Source of the DNA: an uncultured Chloroflexia bacterium
GTDB taxonomy: Bacteria; Chloroflexota; Limnocylindria; Limnocylindrales; CSP1-4
Direction of reading: 5' to 3'
NCBI GenBank assembly: GCA_963760735.1
Contig: CAVXEB010000007.1
Coordinates: 543,930 to 607,929 of the forward strand
Length of the DNA: 64,000 nucleotides
Position numbers and translations under genes: made by a program. Below, in pieces: positions 51,420 to 60,088 of this stretch (its first letter is position 1; every line of letters begins with the position of its first letter). The notes beneath the pieces are model-generated. The model was not told where the DNA came from and ran no database searches. It worked only from the letters and a program-made list of their open reading frames with translations.

Positions 51420-53042
51420 TCAGTCGCCGAAGAGCTTCTGGACCTCGAGCAGGCCGTCGGCGAGGCGATCGATGTCGTCGCGGGTCGTGTAGACGCTGAA
51501 GCTTGCCCGGGCGGTGGCCGCGAGATCGAGCCGCTCGTGGAGGGGCATCGTGCAATGGTGCCCGGCGCGGACCGCGATCCCGAACCGATCGAGGACCTGG
51601 GCGACGTCGTGCGGGTGGATGCCCGGCAGGTTGAACGGGACGACGCCGCCGCGCTTGTCCGGGTCGAGCGGGCCGTACAGCTCGATCGCCGGGATCCGGG
51701 CCGGCAGCGTCTCGAGCGCGTACGCGACGAGCGCTCGTTCGTGCTCGCGCACCGCGTCCATCCCGATCTGCATCAGGTACTCCGCCGCCACGCCGAGCCC
51801 GATCGCGTCGCCGACGGCCGGGGTCCCGGCCTCGAACTTCCACGGGATGTCATTCCAGTCCGAGCGACGGAGATGGACCTCGCGGATCATCTCCCCGCCG
51901 GCGAGGAACGGCGGCATCGCCTCGAGCAGCTCGCGCCGGGCCCACAGGGCGCCGGAGCCCATCGGGGCCAGCATCTTGTGACCGCTGAACGCGTAGAAGT
52001 CGGCACCGAGCTCCTGGACGTCGACCGGAACGTGCGGGACGGCCTGGGCCCCGTCGACGAGGACGAGGGCGCCGGCGGCGTGGGCCATCTCGACCATCTC
52101 GCGGACCGGGTTGATCGTGCCGAGCGTGTTCGAGACGTGGGTGAACGCGACGAGCTTCGGGCGGAGCTTCAGCAGGACCTCGAACACGTCGAGGCGGAGG
52201 AGCCCGTCGTCGGTGATCGGGATGAACTCCAGGTCGCCGTCCCGCTCCTGGACGAGAAGCTGCCACGGGACGAGGTTGGCGTGGTGCTCCATCTCGGTCA
52301 GGACGATGGCGTCGCCGCGCGAGATGTTCGTCCGGCCCCACGAGTAGGCGACCAGGTTGATCGCCTCCGTCGCGTTGCGGGTGAAGATCACCTCGTGGGC
52401 GTCCGGCGCGTTGATGAACCGGGCGACCCTCGCTCGGGCTCGCTCGTACTCGGCCGTCGACTTCTCGCCGATCGTGTAGATCCCGCGGTGGACGTTCGCG
52501 TTGTACTCGCGGTAGTAGGTGTCGATCGCGTCGATCACGACCTGCGGCTTCTGGCTCGATGACGCGGAGTCCAGGTAGATGAGCGGGTGGCCGTTGATCT
52601 CCTGGGCGAGGATCGGGAAGTCGCGCCGGAGCGCGACCGGATCCAGCCGGGTGGCGTCGGCGCGCGGGACATCGAAGGTGACCGTCAGATCGGTCAGATC
52701 CTCCCCTCGATGGCCGAGCCGGATCGTCCCGGTCGTCCCGGTGTCGTGCCAGGCGAAGCGAGCGACGATCGTCTGGTCGTCCGGCTCGGTGGTCGACAAC
52801 ACGTCGATCGTGTCGTCGGGCGGATGGTCGCGGTAGGCCTGGGCGATGGCGTCGCGACCGTGGAATGGCCCGAACGGCAGGCTCACGAACGTCGCGGTTG
52901 CGTCCTCGGTGAAGTGGCCGACCATGTCACCGAAGTCGCCCGATCGGACGCCCGCGTTGAAGCGTTCGATGTGCGCGGCGAACAGCGGCGCGATGGGCGC
53001 CGCGGAAGGTGCTGCCGCCTTGGCCTCCGTCTCGATCGCCAT
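51420..53042 (-). CDS. sufS: Cysteine desulfurase SufS with N-terminal SnoaL/NTF2-like domain
   Basis: YLDSASS, NVHRG, EHHAN, SGHKM, RAGHHC; about 130-aa N-terminal FTEDA...GRDAI domain. Confidence 0.9.
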   Translation of the reverse strand: MAIETEAKAAAPSAAPIAPLFAAHIERFNAGVRSGDFGDMVGHFTEDATATFVSLPFGPFHGRDAIAQAYRDHPPDDTIDVLSTTEPDDQTIVARFAWHDTGTTGTIRLGHRGEDLTDLTVTFDVPRADATRLDPVALRRDFPILAQEINGHPLIYLDSASSSQKPQVVIDAIDTYYREYNANVHRGIYTIGEKSTAEYERARARVARFINAPDAHEVIFTRNATEAINLVAYSWGRTNISRGDAIVLTEMEHHANLVPWQLLVQERDGDLEFIPITDDGLLRLDVFEVLLKLRPKLVAFTHVSNTLGTINPVREMVEMAHAAGALVLVDGAQAVPHVPVDVQELGADFYAFSGHKMLAPMGSGALWARRELLEAMPPFLAGGEMIREVHLRRSDWNDIPWKFEAGTPAVGDAIGLGVAAEYLMQIGMDAVREHERALVAYALETLPARIPAIELYGPLDPDKRGGVVPFNLPGIHPHDVAQVLDRFGIAVRAGHHCTMPLHERLDLAATARASFSVYTTRDDIDRLADGLLEVQKLFGD

Positions 53043-53058
53043 CGTGATCGCGCCCGCC

Positions 53059-53982
53059 CTAGCGGGCGACCGCCGCCGGCTCGTGCTCGCCGGTCGTCGT
53101 GGCGTCGGCGTCGTCGCCGGCCGGACCCCGCGGGACGAGCAACGCCTCGTCGGAGACCGTCGTCTCGAGACCAGCCTCGCGGAGGATCGGGCCGTAGCCC
53201 TCGTCCTCGAGCCGCAGGGCGAGGTCCTTGCCGCCGCTCTTGACGATCCGGCCCTGGGCGAGCACGTGGACGACGTCGGGGGTGATGTAGTTCAGCAGCC
53301 GCTGGTAGTGGGTGATCAGCAGCACGCCGAGCTCCGGGTTGAGCATCGCGTTGACGCCCTCGGCGACGATCCGCAGCGCGTCGATGTCGAGGCCCGAATC
53401 GGTCTCGTCGAGGATCGCGATCTGCGGCTCGAGGACCGCCATCTGGAGCATCTCGAGGCGCTTCTTCTCGCCGCCGCTGAAGCCCTCGTTCACATAACGG
53501 GTCGCGATCGCCTCGTCCATCCCGAGGAGGGCCATCTTCTCGCGCATCTTCGTCCGGAAGTCACGCATCGAGACGCCACCCTTCATCGGGTCGGTCGGGT
53601 CGACGTCGCTGGTCTTGTCCATCCCCTGGAGCTTCGCGTTGAGGGCGCTCCGGATGAACGACGCGACGCTGAGGCCGGGGATGGCGGTCGGGTACTGGAA
53701 GGCGAGGAACATCCCGAGGCGGGCCCGCTTGTCCGGGCTCAGCTTCAGGACGTCGCGTCCCTGCCAGGTGACCTTGCCACCGGTCACGACGTAGGCCGGG
53801 TGGCCCATCAGGGCGTAGGCGAGGGTCGTCTTGCCGGAGCCGTTCGGGCCCATGATCGCGTGGACCTCGCCCTTGCCGACGTCGAGGTCGATCCCCTGGA
53901 GGATCTCGGTCTTCGGGCTGGCGACGGGCGCGACGCGGAGGCCGCGGATGACGAGGCGGTCGGTCTGGTCGGTGTCGGTCAC
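53059..53982 (-). CDS. sufC: Fe-S assembly ATPase SufC
   Basis: GPNGSGKT, FQYP, GFSGGEKKR, DETDSGLDID, THYQRLL. Confidence 0.95.
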   Translation of the reverse strand: MTDTDQTDRLVIRGLRVAPVASPKTEILQGIDLDVGKGEVHAIMGPNGSGKTTLAYALMGHPAYVVTGGKVTWQGRDVLKLSPDKRARLGMFLAFQYPTAIPGLSVASFIRSALNAKLQGMDKTSDVDPTDPMKGGVSMRDFRTKMREKMALLGMDEAIATRYVNEGFSGGEKKRLEMLQMAVLEPQIAILDETDSGLDIDALRIVAEGVNAMLNPELGVLLITHYQRLLNYITPDVVHVLAQGRIVKSGGKDLALRLEDEGYGPILREAGLETTVSDEALLVPRGPAGDDADATTTGEHEPAAVAR

Positions 53983-54494
53983 GAGGTGATCAGTGCTCCC
54001 TGGAGGTCGTCGACGGCGACCGGGCGCGACGGCACCAGGTCGGCGAGGGTCATGGATTCGAGCGCCCCGGTGATCGCGTCGCGGACGCGGACCCAGAGGA
54101 CGTTGACGGTGCACCGGGAGCTGCGATCGCAGACGAGCGCGTGCTCCGGATCCTCGGTCGCGCAGAGCATCGGCGCGATCGGGCCCTCGAGGGCGCGAAC
54201 GACGTCGCTCATCCGGATGTCGGCCGGCGGCCGCGTCAGCTCGTAGCCGCCGTGGGCGCCGCGGGTGCTGGCGACGAGGCCCGCGTCGCGGAGGCTCATC
54301 ACGAGCTGCTCCAGGTACGCCCGCGGCAGGTCCTCGTCGGCCGCCATCTCGGCGAGGCTCGCCGGTCCGGTCCCGTACCGCCGTCCCAGCTGGACCATCA
54401 GCCGCACGCCGTACTCGCCCTTCGTGCTGAAGGCGACGGCGCCCGAGCCGTGGAAGGTCGGGCGGGTCGTGGAGGTCGAGAGCTGCTGAGCCAG
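53979..54494 (-). CDS. Rrf2 family regulator (IscR/CymR-like, 3 Cys)
   Basis: FSTKGEYG, YLEQL, RGAHGGY, C-x10-C-x5-C; start uncertain (CTG at 54494). Confidence 0.88.
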   Translation of the reverse strand: MAQQLSTSTTRPTFHGSGAVAFSTKGEYGVRLMVQLGRRYGTGPASLAEMAADEDLPRAYLEQLVMSLRDAGLVASTRGAHGGYELTRPPADIRMSDVVRALEGPIAPMLCATEDPEHALVCDRSSRCTVNVLWVRVRDAITGALESMTLADLVPSRPVAVDDLQGALITS

Positions 54495-54527
54495 GGGAGG
54501 GTCCTCGTGGTCCTCGGGTCGACGGTC

Positions 54528-54552
54528 AATCCCGAGTGATTTCGTCGGGATT
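54528..54552. promoter_or_regulatory. Palindromic operator upstream of rrf2
   Basis: AATCCCGA-N9-TCGGGATT abutting a minus-strand TACACT -10. Confidence 0.8.
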
Positions 54553-54646
54553 AGTGTAGGCGGGCCGCCTGACGGAGCGCAACGAGGCGGTCCCCGCGCC
54601 GGCCTCCCACGTCCCGCGACCGAGGCTCGCCCACGCTGGATGCGAA

Positions 54647-54684
54647 CGAAGGCCGGAGCTCGAGATCAAGAGCTCCGGCCTTCG
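54647..54684. terminator. 15-bp perfect hairpin
   Basis: CGAAGGCCGGAGCTC-N8-GAGCTCCGGCCTTCG. Confidence 0.65.
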
Positions 54685-55018
54685 ATGAGTCCCCGGCGGT
54701 GTTCGCCGACGCGGTCAGCATGGGTGCCCCCAATCCGGATGTCGAGGCATCCAATGGTCGTGGTGGTGCCTGCCGGCTCCAGTCCGGCGCCCGCCCGGCC
54801 GCGATTGTCGGTTGCCGTTGCCTCCACCAGGCTCGATGCGCTCCCTGATTGCCCGAGGATCCGCCTGATGCCGCACTGGATGTCCGGTGACGAAGCCTGG
54901 GAGCTCCTCCGCGTCCGCGTCCGGCCTGGGAAGGCCTTCGGCCGAGCAGGCGTCGCCGGATGACTGCGACCCGCGATTCCTGACACGCCCCGGCGACAAC
55001 GCGACGGACCATGCCTCC

Positions 55019-55456
55019 ATGGATGACGAACGTCCGATCGAGGTCTTCCTCGACGACTACCCACCCGCGATCCGCGACACCGGCCTCCGCCTGCGCGAGC
55101 TGATCTTCCTCGCGAGGCCGGATGCGGTCGAGGGCGTCCGGACAGGCTGGCGCTGGATCGGCTACTCGCTGCCGGACGGACGTCGCAAGCGCACGTTTGC
55201 GTGGATCGGGCCGGAGCGGAAGCACATCCACCTGGGCTTCGAGCACGGGGTGCTTCTGGCGGACCCGGAGCACATCCTCCACGGCGCCGAGGAGCGCCTC
55301 CGGAAGTTCCGCTACTTCACGTTCGCCCCGTCGATCGACCTCGACGACGACGTCATCCTCGACTACCTGCGTGCCTCGGCCGCCCTCGCCACGATGCCGG
55401 CGGCCGCACGCCGCGCGATGGCGGAGATCGCAGCGGAACCAGTCGAGGCCGACTGA
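55019..55456 (+). CDS. DUF1801/YdhG-like protein
   Basis: LRELI...PDAVEG..GW..IGY...HIHLGFEHG..L.DP. Confidence 0.75.
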   Translation: MDDERPIEVFLDDYPPAIRDTGLRLRELIFLARPDAVEGVRTGWRWIGYSLPDGRRKRTFAWIGPERKHIHLGFEHGVLLADPEHILHGAEERLRKFRYFTFAPSIDLDDDVILDYLRASAALATMPAAARRAMAEIAAEPVEAD

Positions 55457-55463
55457 GGGTCCG

Positions 55464-55859
55464 TCAGCTCCCGCCGGTGAGCGAGGTCAGGACCCGGAAC
55501 CCGTCGGCCGTGCCCGGCCATCGCCCGAGGAGCATGTCGCGGCCGAGCCGGCGGCGGACGTAGCGCAGGACGACGACCGTCACGATCACGTCGTCGATCG
55601 GACCGACGAGCGGGATGAACTCCGGGATCAGGTCGATCGGGCTGATCAGCCACACGAGCAAGATCACGAGTGCCGCGCGGACGCCGGTCGGTGTCGACGG
55701 GTCCCCGATCAGGCTGCGCGCCAGCCGGACGATGTCCGGGACGACCCGCACGATCTCCCGGGCGCTGACGTCACGCGGGCGGATCAGCCACAACAGCACG
55801 ATCAGCGCCAGCCAGGCTGCAACGAGTCCGAGGATCACGGCCGCGAGGACTTCCGTCAT
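55464..55859 (-). CDS. DUF1232/YkvA membrane protein
   Basis: SPIDLIPEFIPLVGPIDD. Confidence 0.88.
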   Translation of the reverse strand: MTEVLAAVILGLVAAWLALIVLLWLIRPRDVSAREIVRVVPDIVRLARSLIGDPSTPTGVRAALVILLVWLISPIDLIPEFIPLVGPIDDVIVTVVVLRYVRRRLGRDMLLGRWPGTADGFRVLTSLTGGS

Positions 55860-55922
55860 CTCCGAAGTATCCGCGTCCGAACGGTCGGGCCCGATCCCTT
55901 CGATCGTCCTACCCTAGCGGCC

Positions 55923-57365
55923 ATGCACGACATCGCCACGAGGGCCGTCGAGGCCGCCCTCGCCGCCGGCGCGACCTACGCCGACGCGCGTGTGATGGAG
56001 ATCCGGACCGAGGCGATGAGCGCGCGGAACGGCGTCGTCGAGGCGCTCGACCGTGAGGAGCGCGCCGGCGTCGGCGTCCGTGCCCTGATCGGCAGCAGCT
56101 GGGGCTTCTTCGCGGTTCCCGACGTCGGCTCGTCCGCGGCGCGGCGCGCCGGGGAACAAGCGGCGGCGGTCGCCCGCGCGTCAACACTCGTCGCCGGCAA
56201 GGACCTCGGCCTCGCGCCGGAGGCGCCGGTCACCGGCCACTGGGAGAGCGAGTGCCGGGAGGATCCGTGGTCGGTCGGGCTGGCCGAGAAGGGCGACCAC
56301 CTCGCGCGCGTGACGCGGACGATGCAGGAGCACGACGCCGACCTCGCCGAGGCCAGCCACCGGATCTGGGACACGCGGAAGTGGCTCGTCTCCTCGGAGG
56401 GAACGGCCGTCGACCAGCACATCGTCGAGACCGGCGCCGCGATGAGCGCGACCGCCGTCGGCGAGAACGAGACGCAGCGGCGGTCCTATCCCGGCATTCG
56501 CGGCCAGTACGGGACCCGCGGCTGGGAGCTCGTCCGCGACCTGGACCTGTCCGGCAACGCAGCCCGGATCGCGGAGGAGGCCCGCCGGCTCCTGACCGCC
56601 GACGTCTGCCCGTCGCTCGACGCGACCGACCTGATCCTCGGCAGCGAGCAGATGGCGCTGCAGATCCACGAGTCCGTCGGGCACGCGACGGAGCTGGATC
56701 GGATCCTCGGTTGGGAGGCCGCCTTCGCCGGCACCTCCTGGCTCGACCTGCAGCAGCTCGGCTCGCTCCGCTTCGGCTCGGAGCTGATGAACGTCACGGC
56801 AGACGCGACCCTGCCGGGGGCGCTCGGGAGCTTCGGCTACGACGACGAGGGCACACCCGCCCATCCGGTCGACATCGTCAAGGACGGGATCTGGGTCGGT
56901 GCCCTGAGCGGGCGCGATTCCGCCGCCCTCGCCGGGATCGAGCGATCCGGCGGCGCGGTCCGGGCCGACGGCTTCGACCGCATCCCGATGGTCCGGATGA
57001 CGAACGTCGGACTGCTCCCGGGCAGCGACTCCCTCGAATCGATGATCGCCGCGACCGATGACGGGATCCACATGGACACCAACCGGTCGTGGTCGATCGA
57101 CGACAAGCGGCTCAACTTCCAGTTCGGCTGCGAGATCGGCTGGGAGATCAAGGGCGGCAAGCGCGGCCGGCTCCTGAAGAACCCGACCTACACCGCGATC
57201 AGCCCGCGCTTCTGGGGATCGATGGACATGCTCGGCGGCCACGACGAGTGGACGTTCTGGGGAACGCCGAACTGCGGCAAGGGCCAGCCCCAGCAGATCG
57301 GCCACACCGGCCATCCGTCCGTTCCGGCACGGTTCCGTGGGATCCGGGTGGGAGTTCGGGGATGA
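55923..57365 (+). CDS. tldD: TldD family metalloprotease
   Basis: YADAR, HESVGH, YDDEG, PMVRMTN, CGKGQP. Confidence 0.92.
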   Translation: MHDIATRAVEAALAAGATYADARVMEIRTEAMSARNGVVEALDREERAGVGVRALIGSSWGFFAVPDVGSSAARRAGEQAAAVARASTLVAGKDLGLAPEAPVTGHWESECREDPWSVGLAEKGDHLARVTRTMQEHDADLAEASHRIWDTRKWLVSSEGTAVDQHIVETGAAMSATAVGENETQRRSYPGIRGQYGTRGWELVRDLDLSGNAARIAEEARRLLTADVCPSLDATDLILGSEQMALQIHESVGHATELDRILGWEAAFAGTSWLDLQQLGSLRFGSELMNVTADATLPGALGSFGYDDEGTPAHPVDIVKDGIWVGALSGRDSAALAGIERSGGAVRADGFDRIPMVRMTNVGLLPGSDSLESMIAATDDGIHMDTNRSWSIDDKRLNFQFGCEIGWEIKGGKRGRLLKNPTYTAISPRFWGSMDMLGGHDEWTFWGTPNCGKGQPQQIGHTGHPSVPARFRGIRVGVRG

Positions 57366-58735
57366 GCGACGTGGCGAGCACCGAGACGCCGGGGAGCGCG
57401 GGCCTCAACTCGCGAGTCGGCCGGGTCCTCGATCTCGTCCGGAAGCGGTCCGCCTCCGCCGAAGCCGAGGTCACCGCCCGGTGGGGCACCTCCGCCCTGA
57501 CGCGCTTCGCGACGAGCTTCATCCACCAGAACGTTGCCGAGGAGGTCAGCCACACGTTGCTCCGCGTCGCGGTCGACGGGCACGTCGCATCGGTGACGCT
57601 CGACGGACCACCGGACGACGAGCATCTCGCGCGTCTCGTGGACAACGCCTTCGACGCGGCCGAAGCCCTGCCGGTCGACCCCGGGTGGCCCGGCCTGACG
57701 CCCCCGACCGTGGGCATGCCGGCCGACCACTTCGACGAGGAGACCGCGGACTGGAACGCCGATGCGCGCGCCGCGAGGGTCCGGGCGTTCGTGGATGCCG
57801 CGGGCGGGCTCGAGACGGCCGGCTTCTGCTCCACGTCGGTCGTCCTGCTGAACTTCGCCAACACCGACGGTCACCACCTCAGCGGTCGCGGGACGGTCGC
57901 GGAGATCGACGGGATCGCCCGGACCCCGACGGCCGATGGCTCGAGCCGTCACGCGTCCGTCCGGATCGGCGACCTCGATGGGCAGGCGACCGGCGAACGA
58001 GCGGCGACGAAGGCCCGGACCGCGAGCAACCCGACCGACCTCGAGCCGGGACGCTACGAGGTCATCCTCGAGCCCGATTGCGTCGCGAACATCCTGTCGT
58101 TCCTGCTCGTCGCCGGCTTCAACGGCAAGGCGGTCGAGGAAGGTCGGTCGTTCGCCCGCGTCGGCGACGCTCAGTTCGATCCCTCGATCACGCTCCGCGA
58201 CGACGTCACCGATCCCGGCACGCTCGGCATCCCGTTCGACATCGAGGGAACGCCCAAGCGGCCGCTCGACCTCGTTCGCGACGGGGTGACGCGGGGCCTG
58301 CTCCACACCCGTCGGACGGCGAAGGCCGCCGGCGTCGAGAGCACCGGCCACGCCGTCGAAGGCGGAGCCGCCTGGGGCGCGCTCGGAGCGAACCTCACCA
58401 TCGACGCGGGCGAGAAGACGACCGACGACCTGATCGCGGGCGTCGAACGAGGCGTGCTCGTGACCGACTTCTGGTACACCCGGATCCTCGATCCGAGGAC
58501 GCAGGTCGTGACCGGGCTGACCCGGAATGGGGTCTGGCTGATCGAGGATGGCCGTGTCGTTCGGCCGGTGACCAACCTCCGGTTCACGCAGTCGTTCCTC
58601 GACGCGCTGGGGCCGGACTCCGTTCGCGGGATTTCCGCGGAACGAGCCCTCGTGATGGCCGGCTGGGACTCGATCTACCTCGTGCCGAGCCTCCACCTCG
58701 CGTCGTGGAACTTCACGGGCGGCGCGAAGGGCTGA
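57362..58735 (+). CDS. pmbA: TldE/PmbA family protein
   Basis: TRFA..IHQN, PGRYEVILEP, FDIEG, TGLTRNG; no HExxH; follows tldD. Confidence 0.85.
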   Translation: MSDVASTETPGSAGLNSRVGRVLDLVRKRSASAEAEVTARWGTSALTRFATSFIHQNVAEEVSHTLLRVAVDGHVASVTLDGPPDDEHLARLVDNAFDAAEALPVDPGWPGLTPPTVGMPADHFDEETADWNADARAARVRAFVDAAGGLETAGFCSTSVVLLNFANTDGHHLSGRGTVAEIDGIARTPTADGSSRHASVRIGDLDGQATGERAATKARTASNPTDLEPGRYEVILEPDCVANILSFLLVAGFNGKAVEEGRSFARVGDAQFDPSITLRDDVTDPGTLGIPFDIEGTPKRPLDLVRDGVTRGLLHTRRTAKAAGVESTGHAVEGGAAWGALGANLTIDAGEKTTDDLIAGVERGVLVTDFWYTRILDPRTQVVTGLTRNGVWLIEDGRVVRPVTNLRFTQSFLDALGPDSVRGISAERALVMAGWDSIYLVPSLHLASWNFTGGAKG

Positions 58736-59451
58736 TGACGGAGCTGGACTACGGCGCGTTCGACGCGCTCACGTTCGACTGCTACGGCACGCTGATCGAC
58801 TGGGAGGCGGGGATCCTGGCCGGCCTCCGAACCGCGTTCGCGCCGCACGGCGTCGACGCGCCGGACGATGAGCTCCTCGAGTCGTTCGCCACGGTCGAGG
58901 CACGGCTGGAGAGCGGGACGTACCTGCCCTACCGGACGATCCTCGCGATGGCCGCCCGCTCGGTCGGCGCCGGGCTCGACGCGGCCCTCACCGACGACGA
59001 GGCGATCGCGTTCGGAGGATCGGTCGAGGACTGGCCGGCGTTCGACGACTCGACGCGATCGCTCCGGATCCTCCGAAGGCGGTTCCAGCTCGGCGTGCTG
59101 ACCAACTGCGACGACGACCTCTTCGCGGCCTCCAACCGGCGGCTCGGCGTCGACTTCGACTGGGTGGTCACCGCCCAGCAGGTCGGCTCGTACAAGCCCA
59201 ATGTCCACAACTTCGAGGTGCTCCGCGAGCGGCTGCACACGTCGGGGATTGCGGCCGGCCGCATCCTGCACGTCGCCCAGAGCCTGTTCCACGACCACGC
59301 GCCTGCCCAGCGGCTCGGGATGCACACCGTCTGGATCGATCGACGCCACGACCGACCCGGGGGCGGCGCGACGCCGCCGTCCGACGCACGACCGAACGCG
59401 ACGTACCCGTCGATGGCCGCCTTCGCCGCGGCCGCCGTGCCGAAGGCCTGA
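58735..59451 (+). CDS. HAD hydrolase (haloacid dehalogenase type II-like)
   Basis: FDCYGTLIDW, SYKP, HVAQSLFHD. Confidence 0.9.
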   Translation: MTELDYGAFDALTFDCYGTLIDWEAGILAGLRTAFAPHGVDAPDDELLESFATVEARLESGTYLPYRTILAMAARSVGAGLDAALTDDEAIAFGGSVEDWPAFDDSTRSLRILRRRFQLGVLTNCDDDLFAASNRRLGVDFDWVVTAQQVGSYKPNVHNFEVLRERLHTSGIAAGRILHVAQSLFHDHAPAQRLGMHTVWIDRRHDRPGGGATPPSDARPNATYPSMAAFAAAAVPKA

Positions 59452-59472
59452 CGCCCTGGTCATCCGCCCTGG

Positions 59473-59940
59473 TCAGGCTCGGCGCGCCCGCCGGATCTGG
59501 TCGGCGTGGTCGTGCGGGTGCGAGGCGTAGATCCGGACCCAGCCCTCGACGCTGTACGGCCCCGACTCCGAGTGCGTCCCGGTGCGTGACCACTCCTCCG
59601 CGGTCAGCGACTCGAGCAGCTGGAGACTGGACGCCCGGACCGCCCCCATGACGGCCAGGGACGGCTCGATCGGCCGGTCGTAGTGAAGCCGGCGGGCCCA
59701 TTCCGGCTCGTCGTATCCCTGGATCGTCGGCTCCGAGTCCGCGACGAGCCGCCGCAGGCGCGTGTAGGCCATCGCCTCGCTGTCGGCCAGGTGATGGACG
59801 ACCTGCCGCGCGGTCCAGCCGTCCGCCTCGGCGGGTTGCCGGTCGAGGTCGTCGTCGGTGATCCCGGACAGGGCGTCGTCGACGGCTGCCGAGCCGGTGC
59901 GGTAGCGATCGATCAACAGGGCTCGTTCGGTGTCGTCCAC
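59473..59940 (-). CDS. DinB family protein
   Basis: WTARQVVHHLAD, YDEPEWA, HPHDH. Confidence 0.88.
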   Translation of the reverse strand: MDDTERALLIDRYRTGSAAVDDALSGITDDDLDRQPAEADGWTARQVVHHLADSEAMAYTRLRRLVADSEPTIQGYDEPEWARRLHYDRPIEPSLAVMGAVRASSLQLLESLTAEEWSRTGTHSESGPYSVEGWVRIYASHPHDHADQIRRARRA

Positions 59941-60088
59941 AGGTCCTCCTTGGGTCGAGGATCGCACGTTCGCCCGCGGGCCACTCGACGACCCTCGTCC
60001 GTCATGCATGTCGTCACCCATCGCTGGGTGGCCACATGCATCGGCAGAAGGGGCGAGCGGGGACGCCGGCGCGGTACCCTTCCGGCCC

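Noticed and set aside
54690-54995. tmRNA, tRNA or RNase P RNA
   Set aside because: No TTCGA T-loop with acceptor stem and no GAGGAAAGTCC; the CTCCACCA at about 54821 has no tRNA-like context
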